Assembly (NCBI GenBank): GCA_964546885.1
Contig: CAZJKZ010000004.1
Span: 25,938 to 89,937 of the forward strand
DNA from: an uncultured Bacteroides sp.
Lineage (GTDB): Bacteria; Bacteroidota; Bacteroidia; Bacteroidales; Muribaculaceae
DNA: 64,000 bases
Reading direction: 5' to 3'
Below are positions 8,901-17,627 of this stretch, in pieces; position 1 is the stretch's first letter, and each line of letters begins with the position of its first letter. A model generated the notes under the pieces. The model saw nothing but the letters and a program-made list of their open reading frames with translations. It did no database searches and was not told the origin of the DNA. A program made the position numbers and the translations under genes.

Positions 8901-10570
8901 ATATTGACGGCTATGTGTCAGGCGACGCCCATCTCTATGGCACATTCAAGAACATCGACCTCTCCGGCGACGTGTACGCTGAGGATCTGAAAATCAAAAT
9001 CGACTTCACCAACACATGGTACTACGCAACCGACAGCATACACATCCGGCCAGGACGCATCAACCTAAAAGACATAATACTCAAAGACGACTACGGCAAC
9101 AGCGCAAAACTCAACGGCTACGTAGGGCACGAATTTTTTCACAACGCGACATTTGACTTCAATATCACAGACGCCCACGATTTCCTATGCTACGATGTGA
9201 ACAGCAAGCTGAGTCCGGACTGGTACGGAAAAATTTTCGGCAACGGCTCAGCCACCGTAAAAGGAAAGCCGGGAGTGGTGGACATAGGCGCTCGAATGAC
9301 AACAGCACCCAACTCCACCTTCACCTTCGTTCTGTCCGACCGTCTGGATGCCGACGAATACCAGTTCATCACCTTTAGAGATGTGACCCCCTTGCCCCCG
9401 GCAAGAGACTCGCTGCTTAACAAAACTCTCGTACCAGACAAAGTGATATGGGCCAAGTCAAGAGCATCAGGCAATAGCATCGACGAGCCCACCGCCTACA
9501 ATATGGACATAATCGTGGATATCACACCGGCAGCTCAGATGATAGTAGTGATGGACCCCGTGGGCGGCGACGAAATCAAAGCCAACGGAAGCGGCAATAT
9601 GCGCATGACTTATGCCTCTATCGACAACGATATGCGCCTTTTCGGCACATACACCCTCGACAAAGGCACATACAATTTCACGCTCCAAGACATAATACGC
9701 AGGGACTTCACCATAAAACCGGAGAGCAGCATATCATTTTCAGGCGACCCCTACAACGCAAGGCTCAATATAGAAGCCTATTTCCAGGTCAACGCCAATC
9801 TATCCGACCTCGACGAAAGCTTTATACAAGACAAGGAACTCAATCGCACTATCGTGCCCGTGCGAGCCTTGATGAAGGTGTCGGGGAGTATGCTTCAACC
9901 CGACATAGCCTTTGACCTCGAATTTCCCACCCTTTCGCAAGACGTCTACCGCAAGGTGCGTTCTATCGTTTCTACTGAAGATATGATGAACCGCCAAATC
10001 CTCTATCTCCTCGCCTTAACTCGCTTCTATACTCCCGACTATATGTCCACGACAAAGGGTAATGAACTCGTGTCAGTGGCTTCGTCCACGCTGTCGAGCC
10101 AATTGTCGAGCATGCTCGGAAAACTTAGTGACAACTGGAGCATTGCACCGAACCTTAGGAGCGATAGAGGCGACTTTTCAGATGTAGAGGTTGACGTGAC
10201 CCTGTCGTCGTCATTACTCAACAACCGCCTGCTGTTCAACGGCAATTTAGGCTATCGCGACAAATCGCTTAACACTAACCAATTTGTAGGAGATTTCGAC
10301 TTGGAATATCTGCTTAACCGCACTGGAGTATGGCGCCTGAAAGCATATAATCGCTACAACGACCAGAACTACTACCTACGCACAGCCCAGACAACACAAG
10401 GCGTGGGTATTCTCTATCGAAAAGACTTCGACAAACCCTTCAGATTTCTGTCTAAACTATGGCGTAACAGGAAAAATAAAAACGACATTGACACGATAAA
10501 GATCGAAGAACACATATCCGTGTCGGACTCTACCGTCAACGAAACTCAGCAAATAATAATTTCACAATAA
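5954..10570 (+). CDS. tamB: Translocation and assembly module TamB-domain protein
   Basis: 1538 aa; N-terminal TM anchor, beta-rich body, TamB/DUF490-type C-terminus (F-GDPYNA, NNRLLFNGNLGYR, QGVGILY). Confidence 0.85.
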   Translation: MALPTLHKIARVIKALRGLLMTLVLLVIGIPTLLYVILASDWAQKYLCSVANKELSALLGTEVNIGAVKFAPFNSLSLTDVTVRDDLDSTALSIGSIDTRFEMGDFIASQKIIIDYAVINRLNLRLYKADKQAPLNIAEIIKRLKKDDQQDKETIFKLRINDVTLNDCSMTYDVWSEPQTPGKFNPSHISVDSLNLSVFAPVISNEAYKIRLRQLSMREASGITLNKLAANIVLDNEKLGVDDLTIRLGKSRLNFADFTSKLSTLEDITRKGAEKRATVEITNGSHIVLSDLKPFVPILADAEYDMDIKLKASGNIDTIEVSQLILKEVNEMLSVQLKGKICDYTSPSTIHLQNVNLEAKTNRNAINTFLSYPSVNVSPKAAEILKSLDNTLVTIKSDGSAAGGSVAATVKSGIAYVNLKGTYRRPENSNATLIKADVEIDSLQLGTILPNKRLGNLWAKVSADGSYDGKKFDGNVTANIDKFGYKGYSYRNIDAIANIAGNAITAKVDINDPNVTLHADADYDHMERIHRLSANLNLENLRPDVLHLIDKYQGYAAKGNVALTAEGESIDKFIADANITQFSFADGKSKSLTLNLLNLKADNVTSEGRITVASDYIKGSLDGKYKFSTLKKAFVNMFTDIVPINERQDSIAKSNIAIAPDDNDFVFDFSLQNTDRLSEFFNLPVSVVDAAYLYGIFNEPAQKAFLKFDAPWVLQGNNVIEGTSLVVDLDSKSKKGLLYLTSLIPTKKGNMDMVVNINAENGILHTNMDWSLVRAIPINGTIDFTTSFLHNDEIGLVTRVDFNPGQINFGDEIWEIRPSSILYGKNLLAVRNFALDTGFQSINIDGSAGVSDLDVISVELNNIQLINIFETLEIDNALISGQATGVIRASSIFSKEPNIQCDHLSVKSIGYNYCTLGDADVRLNLAEGGTKFNFDADIVAPGGEKSHINGYIGIPTESLDLQIVADHVKVGFMKPFMQAFTSDIDGYVSGDAHLYGTFKNIDLSGDVYAEDLKIKIDFTNTWYYATDSIHIRPGRINLKDIILKDDYGNSAKLNGYVGHEFFHNATFDFNITDAHDFLCYDVNSKLSPDWYGKIFGNGSATVKGKPGVVDIGARMTTAPNSTFTFVLSDRLDADEYQFITFRDVTPLPPARDSLLNKTLVPDKVIWAKSRASGNSIDEPTAYNMDIIVDITPAAQMIVVMDPVGGDEIKANGSGNMRMTYASIDNDMRLFGTYTLDKGTYNFTLQDIIRRDFTIKPESSISFSGDPYNARLNIEAYFQVNANLSDLDESFIQDKELNRTIVPVRALMKVSGSMLQPDIAFDLEFPTLSQDVYRKVRSIVSTEDMMNRQILYLLALTRFYTPDYMSTTKGNELVSVASSTLSSQLSSMLGKLSDNWSIAPNLRSDRGDFSDVEVDVTLSSSLLNNRLLFNGNLGYRDKSLNTNQFVGDFDLEYLLNRTGVWRLKAYNRYNDQNYYLRTAQTTQGVGILYRKDFDKPFRFLSKLWRNRKNKNDIDTIKIEEHISVSDSTVNETQQIIISQ

Positions 10571-10597
10571 TATAAGAAAATTTCAGTCATATACATT

Positions 10598-11341
10598 ATG
10601 GATTTCTTCGCCAACCGCCGCACAATACGTAAATACACCTCACAAAATGTGAGCGACGAAACACTCAACCAGCTTCTGCTCGAAGCATCGCATGCCCCCA
10701 CCACAGGCAATATGCAGCTCTACAGCGTGATCGTGACACGCTCGGAAGAAATGAAGCGAAAACTCGCTCCGACCCACTTCAATCAGCCGCAAGCCACAGG
10801 CTGCTCGGTGCTTCTCACATTCTGCGCCGACTTCAACAGATTCACCAAGTGGTGCGAACAGCGCGGAGCCAAACCTGGCTATGATAATCTGCAGTCGCTC
10901 GTCACGGCGGCTATTGACACCGTGGTGTTTGCGCAGCAATTCGTCACCATAGCAGAAATAAACGGCCTCGGCTGCTGCTATCTGGGCACCACTACTTATA
11001 ACGCCCCCGACATAGCAAAAATCTTAGGGCTGCCCACACGTGTAGTGCCACTAATCACTATTTCTGTTGGCTATCCGGCAGACAATGGACGGGAAGACGG
11101 ACGCTTGCCGCTCGAAGCTATATTGCACTCTGAGCAATACCACGACTACACAGAAGCCGACATCGACAAACTGTATGCCGAAAAAGAGGCGCGTGAGGAC
11201 AGCAAGCAATACGTGGCAGAAAACGGCAAAGAGACATTGGCCCAGGTGTTTACAGAAGTAAGATATACTCGCGACGCCAACGAACACTTCTCGGAAGTGC
11301 TGAAAAATTACCTTATTGAAGCTTATCCAGGCTTGAAATAA
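10598..11341 (+). CDS. NADPH-dependent nitroreductase / flavin reductase (NfsA-like)
   Basis: RRTIRKY, APTTGNMQ, GLGCCYLG and GYP...RLP motifs. Confidence 0.9.
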   Translation: MDFFANRRTIRKYTSQNVSDETLNQLLLEASHAPTTGNMQLYSVIVTRSEEMKRKLAPTHFNQPQATGCSVLLTFCADFNRFTKWCEQRGAKPGYDNLQSLVTAAIDTVVFAQQFVTIAEINGLGCCYLGTTTYNAPDIAKILGLPTRVVPLITISVGYPADNGREDGRLPLEAILHSEQYHDYTEADIDKLYAEKEAREDSKQYVAENGKETLAQVFTEVRYTRDANEHFSEVLKNYLIEAYPGLK

Positions 11342-11368
11342 AAGTATCACCTTTAATACTCTACGTTT

Positions 11369-12043
11369 ATGAAAAAATTATTGACATTGACATGTGTGAT
11401 TTTCGCATCAATAGCAGCCATTGCACAGACCAAGGTGTCAATTCTCGGCGATTCCTACTCAACATTCGAAGGATACATGTCACCTTCTACCAATTTAAGT
11501 TGGTACAATAATCCTGATAATAAATCAGCTGCAGAAAATGACGTGAAGGATGTTGAACAAACTTGGTGGAAACAACTTATTAAAGACACCGACATGGAGC
11601 TGGAGCGCAATAATTCCTACTCTGGGGCAACGGTATGCACCACCGGCTATCGCAAAGAAGACTTTTCAGACCGAGCTTTTATATTCCGTCTCGGCAACTT
11701 AGGCAACCCCGATATTATCATTGTGCTTTCGGGCACAAATGACTCTTGGGCTAAATCACCTATAGGAGACTTCAAATATGAAGGATGGACCAAAGAAGAC
11801 CTCTCACAATTCCGTCCGGCTTTTGCCTACATGATGCACCAGCTCAAAGCCCTTTATCCAAAAGCCAGAATTATCAACGTAGTAAACAGCGAGCTATCGG
11901 AGGATGTGACTTCGTCTCAGGCCAAAATTTGCGAGCTTTATGGCATTACTAACGTACAACTGGAAAATATTGACAAACAGAAAGGGCATCCATCGCAGGC
12001 AGGGATGAAAGCCATTGCCGACCAAATAAAGCCTCATTTATAA
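11369..12043 (+). CDS. Secreted SGNH/GDSL hydrolase
   Basis: Signal peptide; GDSYS, SG, GTND and HP blocks. Confidence 0.88.
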   Translation: MKKLLTLTCVIFASIAAIAQTKVSILGDSYSTFEGYMSPSTNLSWYNNPDNKSAAENDVKDVEQTWWKQLIKDTDMELERNNSYSGATVCTTGYRKEDFSDRAFIFRLGNLGNPDIIIVLSGTNDSWAKSPIGDFKYEGWTKEDLSQFRPAFAYMMHQLKALYPKARIINVVNSELSEDVTSSQAKICELYGITNVQLENIDKQKGHPSQAGMKAIADQIKPHL

Positions 12044-12054
12044 TATAATCTAAT

Positions 12055-14502
12055 ATGACGAGCCTCAAATACATAGGATATATCGTTGTCGCAGCTGCTT
12101 CGCTCTTTTCTTGCGCTACAAGCGAAAACACCCTTGACTTTACTCTTGGGCATATACAAGTGAGTGTTGAGGTAGCAGCTGAAATATCCCCTGACAAAGA
12201 CATAGCTCTCACCATAAGCTCGGAGGACGGAAAATACAGCCACACATGGTCTGACTATAAGCAGTTTTCCAATCTTGAAGGCTATTATGCCGGTGTCTAC
12301 CACGCCAAAGCCGTTTACGGCACGGAGGGAACACAAGGCTTCGACTGTCCGTGCTATATAGGTTCGGAGGATTTTGATGTAGCTAACAACAGGCTCACCA
12401 ACGTGAATATTCTGTGCCAACTTTCACAGGCCATGGTGCAGGTGAAAAGTACCGCCGCCTTTGCATCGAGATTTCCAGACGGATGCGTACAGGCCCACAG
12501 TGCCGGCTTTCCGTATGTGGAAATAACACAAGAGACGGAATCTCCAGCCTACGTAATGCCAGGACTGACAGACTTTGCCATAATCTTATCATCATCTGAT
12601 GATAACAAAATCATTGTAGAGTCAGGATTAGAAATTACAACAACGGCCGACACTTCTTACATCATCAACTTAGATTATGCCGACGGCACAGTGACAGCCG
12701 AATGTGAAGGACACAAATCTGTGATTGAACTCACTGAAGACGTTATGGCAGCAACAGGACCGACAGTCACATGCAAAGGCTTCGTCAACGGCGAAAACGT
12801 AACGCTCACAGAAGGCTTCCCTTCCGCATCAAAGCTGATAATGGAGGTGGTTTCCCCGACGAAACTTCGCAACCTTACACTCACCACCATTAGCGATACC
12901 CCATCTCTCGTTTCGTGGACCGACGAATGCGACCTTCTCACTAACGCAGATCGTCTTTTGGACGCAGGACTGTCAATGACAAGCATTGATGCGACAACTA
13001 CCGCCATCGATTTCACCGTCCTATTGGAAAATCTAAGCGTAGAGGACAATTCGGAGATAACCTTCATGCTTCAAGCCACAGACAATATTGGACGAGTGTC
13101 AAACGTTGCCACCCTCGCCGCGTCAATACACAGCGTAGAGATAATCGAACTAGAAATTTCCCCTGCTGTAATAGGCGAAAATATTGCCACCCTTACCCTC
13201 GTGCTTAATGAGAACAACGTTGAGACAAAGGATTTCAGCGTATATATCGATGACGGCAATACACCCGCTCCCACACCAATGAATATCGTAGAGGCAACCG
13301 ACGACAATTACACTAACCGAATGACACTTTCGTTTGAATTACCTGACGGAATAGCTCCTGTACCGATAAGAGTGGATTACATGGACAAAACCAAACTCTA
13401 TACCAAGGTGGAGCGCATAGTGCCGCAATACTCTCTGAATATCGACCCATTCGTTACTACCATAATGGTGAATGTCATGGCTGACTCGCCACAAATCACT
13501 TCCGCAATCACACGCTACGCCCACATATTAGTAAACGGCAAGGAGATAGCCATTCTTGATAGGAATATTGAGGAAGGCTCATTATATTGCGCCGGCTTCA
13601 ATGCGGGCACATCCTACACAGTGGAGTTAGAGGTGATTGCCGACCAATATGTAGCGAAAAAACAGATAAAGACCGAGAAAGCCCAACAGCTGCCCGACGG
13701 CGACTTTGAGGACGCAGAGAAAATTATAGAATACAAGAAATTCCCTTCGGGAGGCAAATACTCGTCCACAGCCTTCGCAATTTACAACCAACAGAATTTC
13801 GATGACGTGTTGGTGTTCTGGCCAAAGAAAGGATGGGCGTCGGTCAATGCAAAGACTTTCTGCACCAGGGCAAAGAACCACAACTCATGGTACATGCAGC
13901 CATCGGCAAAAATTGACTATAATTATAAAGTGTCAGGAAATAAATCCATAAGTCTGTCCTCTGTGGGCTGGTCACATTCGGGAAAAGAGATAGAACCATA
14001 TACCCAAGAACCAGGAGATTTTTTGCCATACAACCCCCACACTCCCCCTATCGACCATATATCAGCAGGCTATCTATATTTGGGTGAATATCATTATAAT
14101 GCCGACACCGGTACAGAGACCTATTCCCAAGGTATAAGCTTTGGCTCGCGTCCATCGTCGCTTAACGGATACTTTAAGTATATCCCTGACCTTAACACTC
14201 CGTCAGATTGTGGATGGGTAAAGGTAGAAGTGGTAAATGTGGATTCGTCGGGCAACGAGACCATTTTGGCAACGGCAAGAATGGAGTTCCCCAACGCGCC
14301 GGATTTCAGGTCATTTAACCTTCCATTGCACTATGATGTGTTCTATAAGCCTGCAACAAAGGTAAGAGTGATGTTCTGCACATCTACCCGCACCGATGGG
14401 CTATCTTTTGACGATCCGGAAGTGCCGGTGTCGGTAGATGTGGAAAATTCCCGCTTCACTGGCAGCACGCTGTGGGTTGACAACCTCTCCTTCTCATACT
14501 GA
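12055..14502 (+). CDS. Lipoprotein with DUF4493-like N-terminus and PCMD (putative carbohydrate metabolism) C-terminal domain
   Basis: Lipobox LFSC; GFDCPCYIG in the N-domain; QLPDGDFE, FGSRPSSLNGYFKY and GSTLWVDNL are typical of PCMD. Confidence 0.7.
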   Translation: MTSLKYIGYIVVAAASLFSCATSENTLDFTLGHIQVSVEVAAEISPDKDIALTISSEDGKYSHTWSDYKQFSNLEGYYAGVYHAKAVYGTEGTQGFDCPCYIGSEDFDVANNRLTNVNILCQLSQAMVQVKSTAAFASRFPDGCVQAHSAGFPYVEITQETESPAYVMPGLTDFAIILSSSDDNKIIVESGLEITTTADTSYIINLDYADGTVTAECEGHKSVIELTEDVMAATGPTVTCKGFVNGENVTLTEGFPSASKLIMEVVSPTKLRNLTLTTISDTPSLVSWTDECDLLTNADRLLDAGLSMTSIDATTTAIDFTVLLENLSVEDNSEITFMLQATDNIGRVSNVATLAASIHSVEIIELEISPAVIGENIATLTLVLNENNVETKDFSVYIDDGNTPAPTPMNIVEATDDNYTNRMTLSFELPDGIAPVPIRVDYMDKTKLYTKVERIVPQYSLNIDPFVTTIMVNVMADSPQITSAITRYAHILVNGKEIAILDRNIEEGSLYCAGFNAGTSYTVELEVIADQYVAKKQIKTEKAQQLPDGDFEDAEKIIEYKKFPSGGKYSSTAFAIYNQQNFDDVLVFWPKKGWASVNAKTFCTRAKNHNSWYMQPSAKIDYNYKVSGNKSISLSSVGWSHSGKEIEPYTQEPGDFLPYNPHTPPIDHISAGYLYLGEYHYNADTGTETYSQGISFGSRPSSLNGYFKYIPDLNTPSDCGWVKVEVVNVDSSGNETILATARMEFPNAPDFRSFNLPLHYDVFYKPATKVRVMFCTSTRTDGLSFDDPEVPVSVDVENSRFTGSTLWVDNLSFSY

Positions 14503-14548
14503 TTCCTACACTTTTTCGTTAATATGTGTGACGGGCATGCAATTATCC

Positions 14549-14579
14549 TTTGAATATCTAAGGAAATATCGTATATTTG
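14549..14579 (+). promoter_or_regulatory. Consensus Bacteroidetes promoter TTTG-N19-TATATTTG
   Basis: Exact -33/-7 match upstream of the Rpn gene. Confidence 0.75.
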
Positions 14580-14608
14580 TACTTTGTAATTAAAAATAGA
14601 TTTTGTTT

Positions 14609-15481
14609 ATGTGTAGAGAAAGATATATCTATCCTTTCACCGATTTCGGATTTAAGCTTCTTTTTGGCACTCCCGCCAACAAAGAGTTTCTTATAGCATT
14701 TCTTAACTCGCTGCTTAAGGACGAAGAAGAAATTGTTGATATATCCTATAACAACACAGAAATCTTCGGGAAAAGTCCTGATGACAGAAAAGCGGTGTAC
14801 GACCTCTATTGCGAAACGACAAAAGGATCACATATAATAGTGGAGATGCAAAACGCCTACCAGCGCTATTTCTTGGATCGAACGATTTACTATTCATCAT
14901 TTCCTATTCAGGCTGTGGCAAAGAGAGGCAAGTGGGATTATAGTCTACCGCCTATATACACGGTTTCGTTCTTAAATTTCAACATGTCTCAGTACATTGG
15001 TAACCCTGCATTTAAGCATGTGGTACGTCTTATGGATGTTGACACTCACCATGTGTTTTACAATAAGCTCACATACATATATTTAGAAATGCCTAAATTC
15101 AACAAAGAAATCAGTGAGCTTCAAAGTCTTGAAGATTACTGGCTCTTTTTGATTAAGAATCTTGCAAAACTCGAGAGTAAGCCTAAAGAATTTCGCGCAA
15201 AAATCTTCGAACGCTTCTTTAAAGTGGCAGAGATAGCTCATTTCACCCCGGAACAGCGTTTAGCTTATGAAATATCATTAAAAAATATGCGGGATTATTA
15301 CAACACTATTAACTCTGCCGAAGAAAAGGGTCGTGCTGAAGGTCGTGCTGAGGGACGTGCTGAGGGCGCTAACGATAAGGCTATAGACATAGCCCGCAAT
15401 TTGAAAAAGCTTGGAATCTCAGTAGAGGAGATCTCTTCTGCAACCGGACTATCGGAAATAGATATTCTAAAGCTTGAATAA
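14609..15481 (+). CDS. Rpn/YhgA-like PD-(D/E)XK nuclease family protein ('transposase_31-like')
   Basis: PFTDFGFKLLFG and D...IIVEMQN motifs, (GRAE)3 repeat, C-terminal small HTH (IARNLKKLG...TGLS). ATG at 14609 preferred over TTG at 14603. Confidence 0.9.
   Translation: MCRERYIYPFTDFGFKLLFGTPANKEFLIAFLNSLLKDEEEIVDISYNNTEIFGKSPDDRKAVYDLYCETTKGSHIIVEMQNAYQRYFLDRTIYYSSFPIQAVAKRGKWDYSLPPIYTVSFLNFNMSQYIGNPAFKHVVRLMDVDTHHVFYNKLTYIYLEMPKFNKEISELQSLEDYWLFLIKNLAKLESKPKEFRAKIFERFFKVAEIAHFTPEQRLAYEISLKNMRDYYNTINSAEEKGRAEGRAEGRAEGANDKAIDIARNLKKLGISVEEISSATGLSEIDILKLE
15329..15367 (+). repeat. 12-bp coding tandem repeat (GGTCGTGCTGAR-like x3, GRAE)
   Basis: Read directly; typical of Rpn C-termini. Confidence 0.85.
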
Positions 15482-15527
15482 TCAGGGTTAAGAAGCCTTA
15501 CATATAGGAATAAAGGAAAGAATATAA

Positions 15528-17624
15528 ATGAATTTCAAAATAGAATCAGACTATAAACCGACAGGCGACCAACCACAGGCAATCAACCAGTTGGTGGAAG
15601 GCATAAATGCCGGGACTCCAGCTCAGACTCTTTTAGGTGTGACAGGGTCGGGTAAAACATTCACAATGGCGAATGTGATAGAGCGTGTCAACCGCCCTAC
15701 CCTCGTGCTAAGCCACAATAAGACACTTGCCGCCCAACTTTACAGCGAGTTTAAGAATTTTTTTCCAAACAACTCGGTGCAATACTTCGTATCCTACTAC
15801 GACTACTACCAGCCGGAAGCCTACATTCCCTCGGTGGATAAGTACATTGAAAAGGATCTGATGATCAATGACGAGATAGACAAGCTGCGCCTCGCTACGA
15901 CCTCGGCTCTGCTTTCAGGGCGTAGAGATGTGATCGTTGTCTCTTCAGTGTCATGCCTATACGGTATAGGCAATCCGGAAGATTTCCATTCAAGTGCTAT
16001 CACAGTAAAAGTTGGACAACAGATATCACGTAATGAATTTCTGCGCAAGCTCGTAAATGCTCTATATTCCCGAAACGATATAGATCTTCAGCGTGGTAAC
16101 TTCCGTGCCAAAGGCGATACTGTGGACATACGGCTCGCTTATGAGGAAATAATATTACGAGTTGTATTCTGGGGCGATGAAATTGAGTCGATTTCGACAC
16201 TTCATCCAAATGACAATGTTTCGCTTGGAAAGCACGACTCATTCAACATATTTCCTGCAAACATTTTCGTCACATCTCCCGCTCGCCAAGCAGAAGCAGT
16301 AGCCCAAATTCAACTTGACCTCGGTGAACGCGTGAATTTTTTCAACAACGAGATGAAGGAACTTGAGGCCAAACGTCTTTACGAGCGTGTGACTTACGAT
16401 GTGGAGATGATAAAGGAAATTGGATATTGCAGCGGAATCGAGAATTACAGCCGATATTTCGACGGTAGGCAACCCGGTACGCGCCCATTCTGTCTTCTTG
16501 ACTATTTCCCCAAAGATTTCGTTACGATAATTGATGAGAGTCATGTGACATTGCCGCAAATTAGAGCAATGTACGGAGGCGACATATCCAGAAAGATGAA
16601 TCTTGTGGAGTATGGTTTCCGTCTTCCCGCAGCCATTGACAACCGACCACTAAAATTCGAGGAATTCGAGAGCCTCACACCTCAGACAGTGTACGTTTCA
16701 GCCACGCCTGCCGACTACGAATTGGAGCGAAGCGAAGGTGTGGTGGTAGAACAGTTGATACGTCCCACAGGGCTGCTCGACCCGAAAATCACTGTGCGAC
16801 CGTCAACCAACCAGATAGATGATCTACTTGAAGAGATACACTTGCGCATTGAACGTGGAGAGCGTACGCTCGTAACTACTCTTACAAAGCGTATGGCAGA
16901 AGAGCTCAATACATATCTGACAAAAATGGGAGTTTCTACGGCTTATATTCATAGCGATGTGGACACGATGGACCGAATAAAGATACTCGATGACCTGCGC
17001 GCAGGCACGTATGACGTGCTTGTGGGAGTGAATCTGTTGCGAGAAGGTCTTGATTTGCCTGAAGTGTCGCTTGTCGCTATCCTCGATGCTGATAAGGAGG
17101 GCTTTTTGCGCAGCCACAGGTCGCTTACGCAGACTGTGGGTCGTGCTGCACGTAATATAAACGGAGAAGTGATAATGTACGCTGACAAAATCACCGACTC
17201 GATGCAGCTGACTATTGACGAGACGGAACGCCGACGCGCACTGCAGCTTAAATATAACGAGGACAACGGCATCACGCCCCAGGCCATAGTGAAAGCCCGC
17301 AATGCGATAATCGGTATTGACGAACCGGAAGACACTCCGTCAACATCGTCATATCGTCAGCCTCGCCAGACGAATGCCCATGAAAAGCGCCAACAGGGAA
17401 AGCAGAGCAAAAAACAGAAAAACGCCATATACAATAACGAATTTTCTACAAAGGTGGATATTGCTGCCGACCCTGTGGTGGGCTATATGAGTAAGGACGA
17501 GATGGCTCGCCATGTGGAGCAACTGCGGTCACAGATGCTGAAAGCTGCCAAGGATATGGATTTTATGGAAGCCGCACGATTACGTGACGAAATAATAAAA
17601 ATCGAAGAGAAAATCAATTCTTGA
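15528..17624 (+). CDS. uvrB: Excinuclease ABC subunit B
   Basis: GVTGSGKT, YYDYYQPEAY, DESH and GRAAR motifs; C-terminal UVR domain. Confidence 0.98.
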   Translation: MNFKIESDYKPTGDQPQAINQLVEGINAGTPAQTLLGVTGSGKTFTMANVIERVNRPTLVLSHNKTLAAQLYSEFKNFFPNNSVQYFVSYYDYYQPEAYIPSVDKYIEKDLMINDEIDKLRLATTSALLSGRRDVIVVSSVSCLYGIGNPEDFHSSAITVKVGQQISRNEFLRKLVNALYSRNDIDLQRGNFRAKGDTVDIRLAYEEIILRVVFWGDEIESISTLHPNDNVSLGKHDSFNIFPANIFVTSPARQAEAVAQIQLDLGERVNFFNNEMKELEAKRLYERVTYDVEMIKEIGYCSGIENYSRYFDGRQPGTRPFCLLDYFPKDFVTIIDESHVTLPQIRAMYGGDISRKMNLVEYGFRLPAAIDNRPLKFEEFESLTPQTVYVSATPADYELERSEGVVVEQLIRPTGLLDPKITVRPSTNQIDDLLEEIHLRIERGERTLVTTLTKRMAEELNTYLTKMGVSTAYIHSDVDTMDRIKILDDLRAGTYDVLVGVNLLREGLDLPEVSLVAILDADKEGFLRSHRSLTQTVGRAARNINGEVIMYADKITDSMQLTIDETERRRALQLKYNEDNGITPQAIVKARNAIIGIDEPEDTPSTSSYRQPRQTNAHEKRQQGKQSKKQKNAIYNNEFSTKVDIAADPVVGYMSKDEMARHVEQLRSQMLKAAKDMDFMEAARLRDEIIKIEEKINS

Positions 17625-17627
17625 ATT

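Noticed and set aside
14609-15481. Rpn gene as an active IS/transposon
   Set aside because: No terminal inverted repeats or target duplications seen; the family's 'transposase' label is historical
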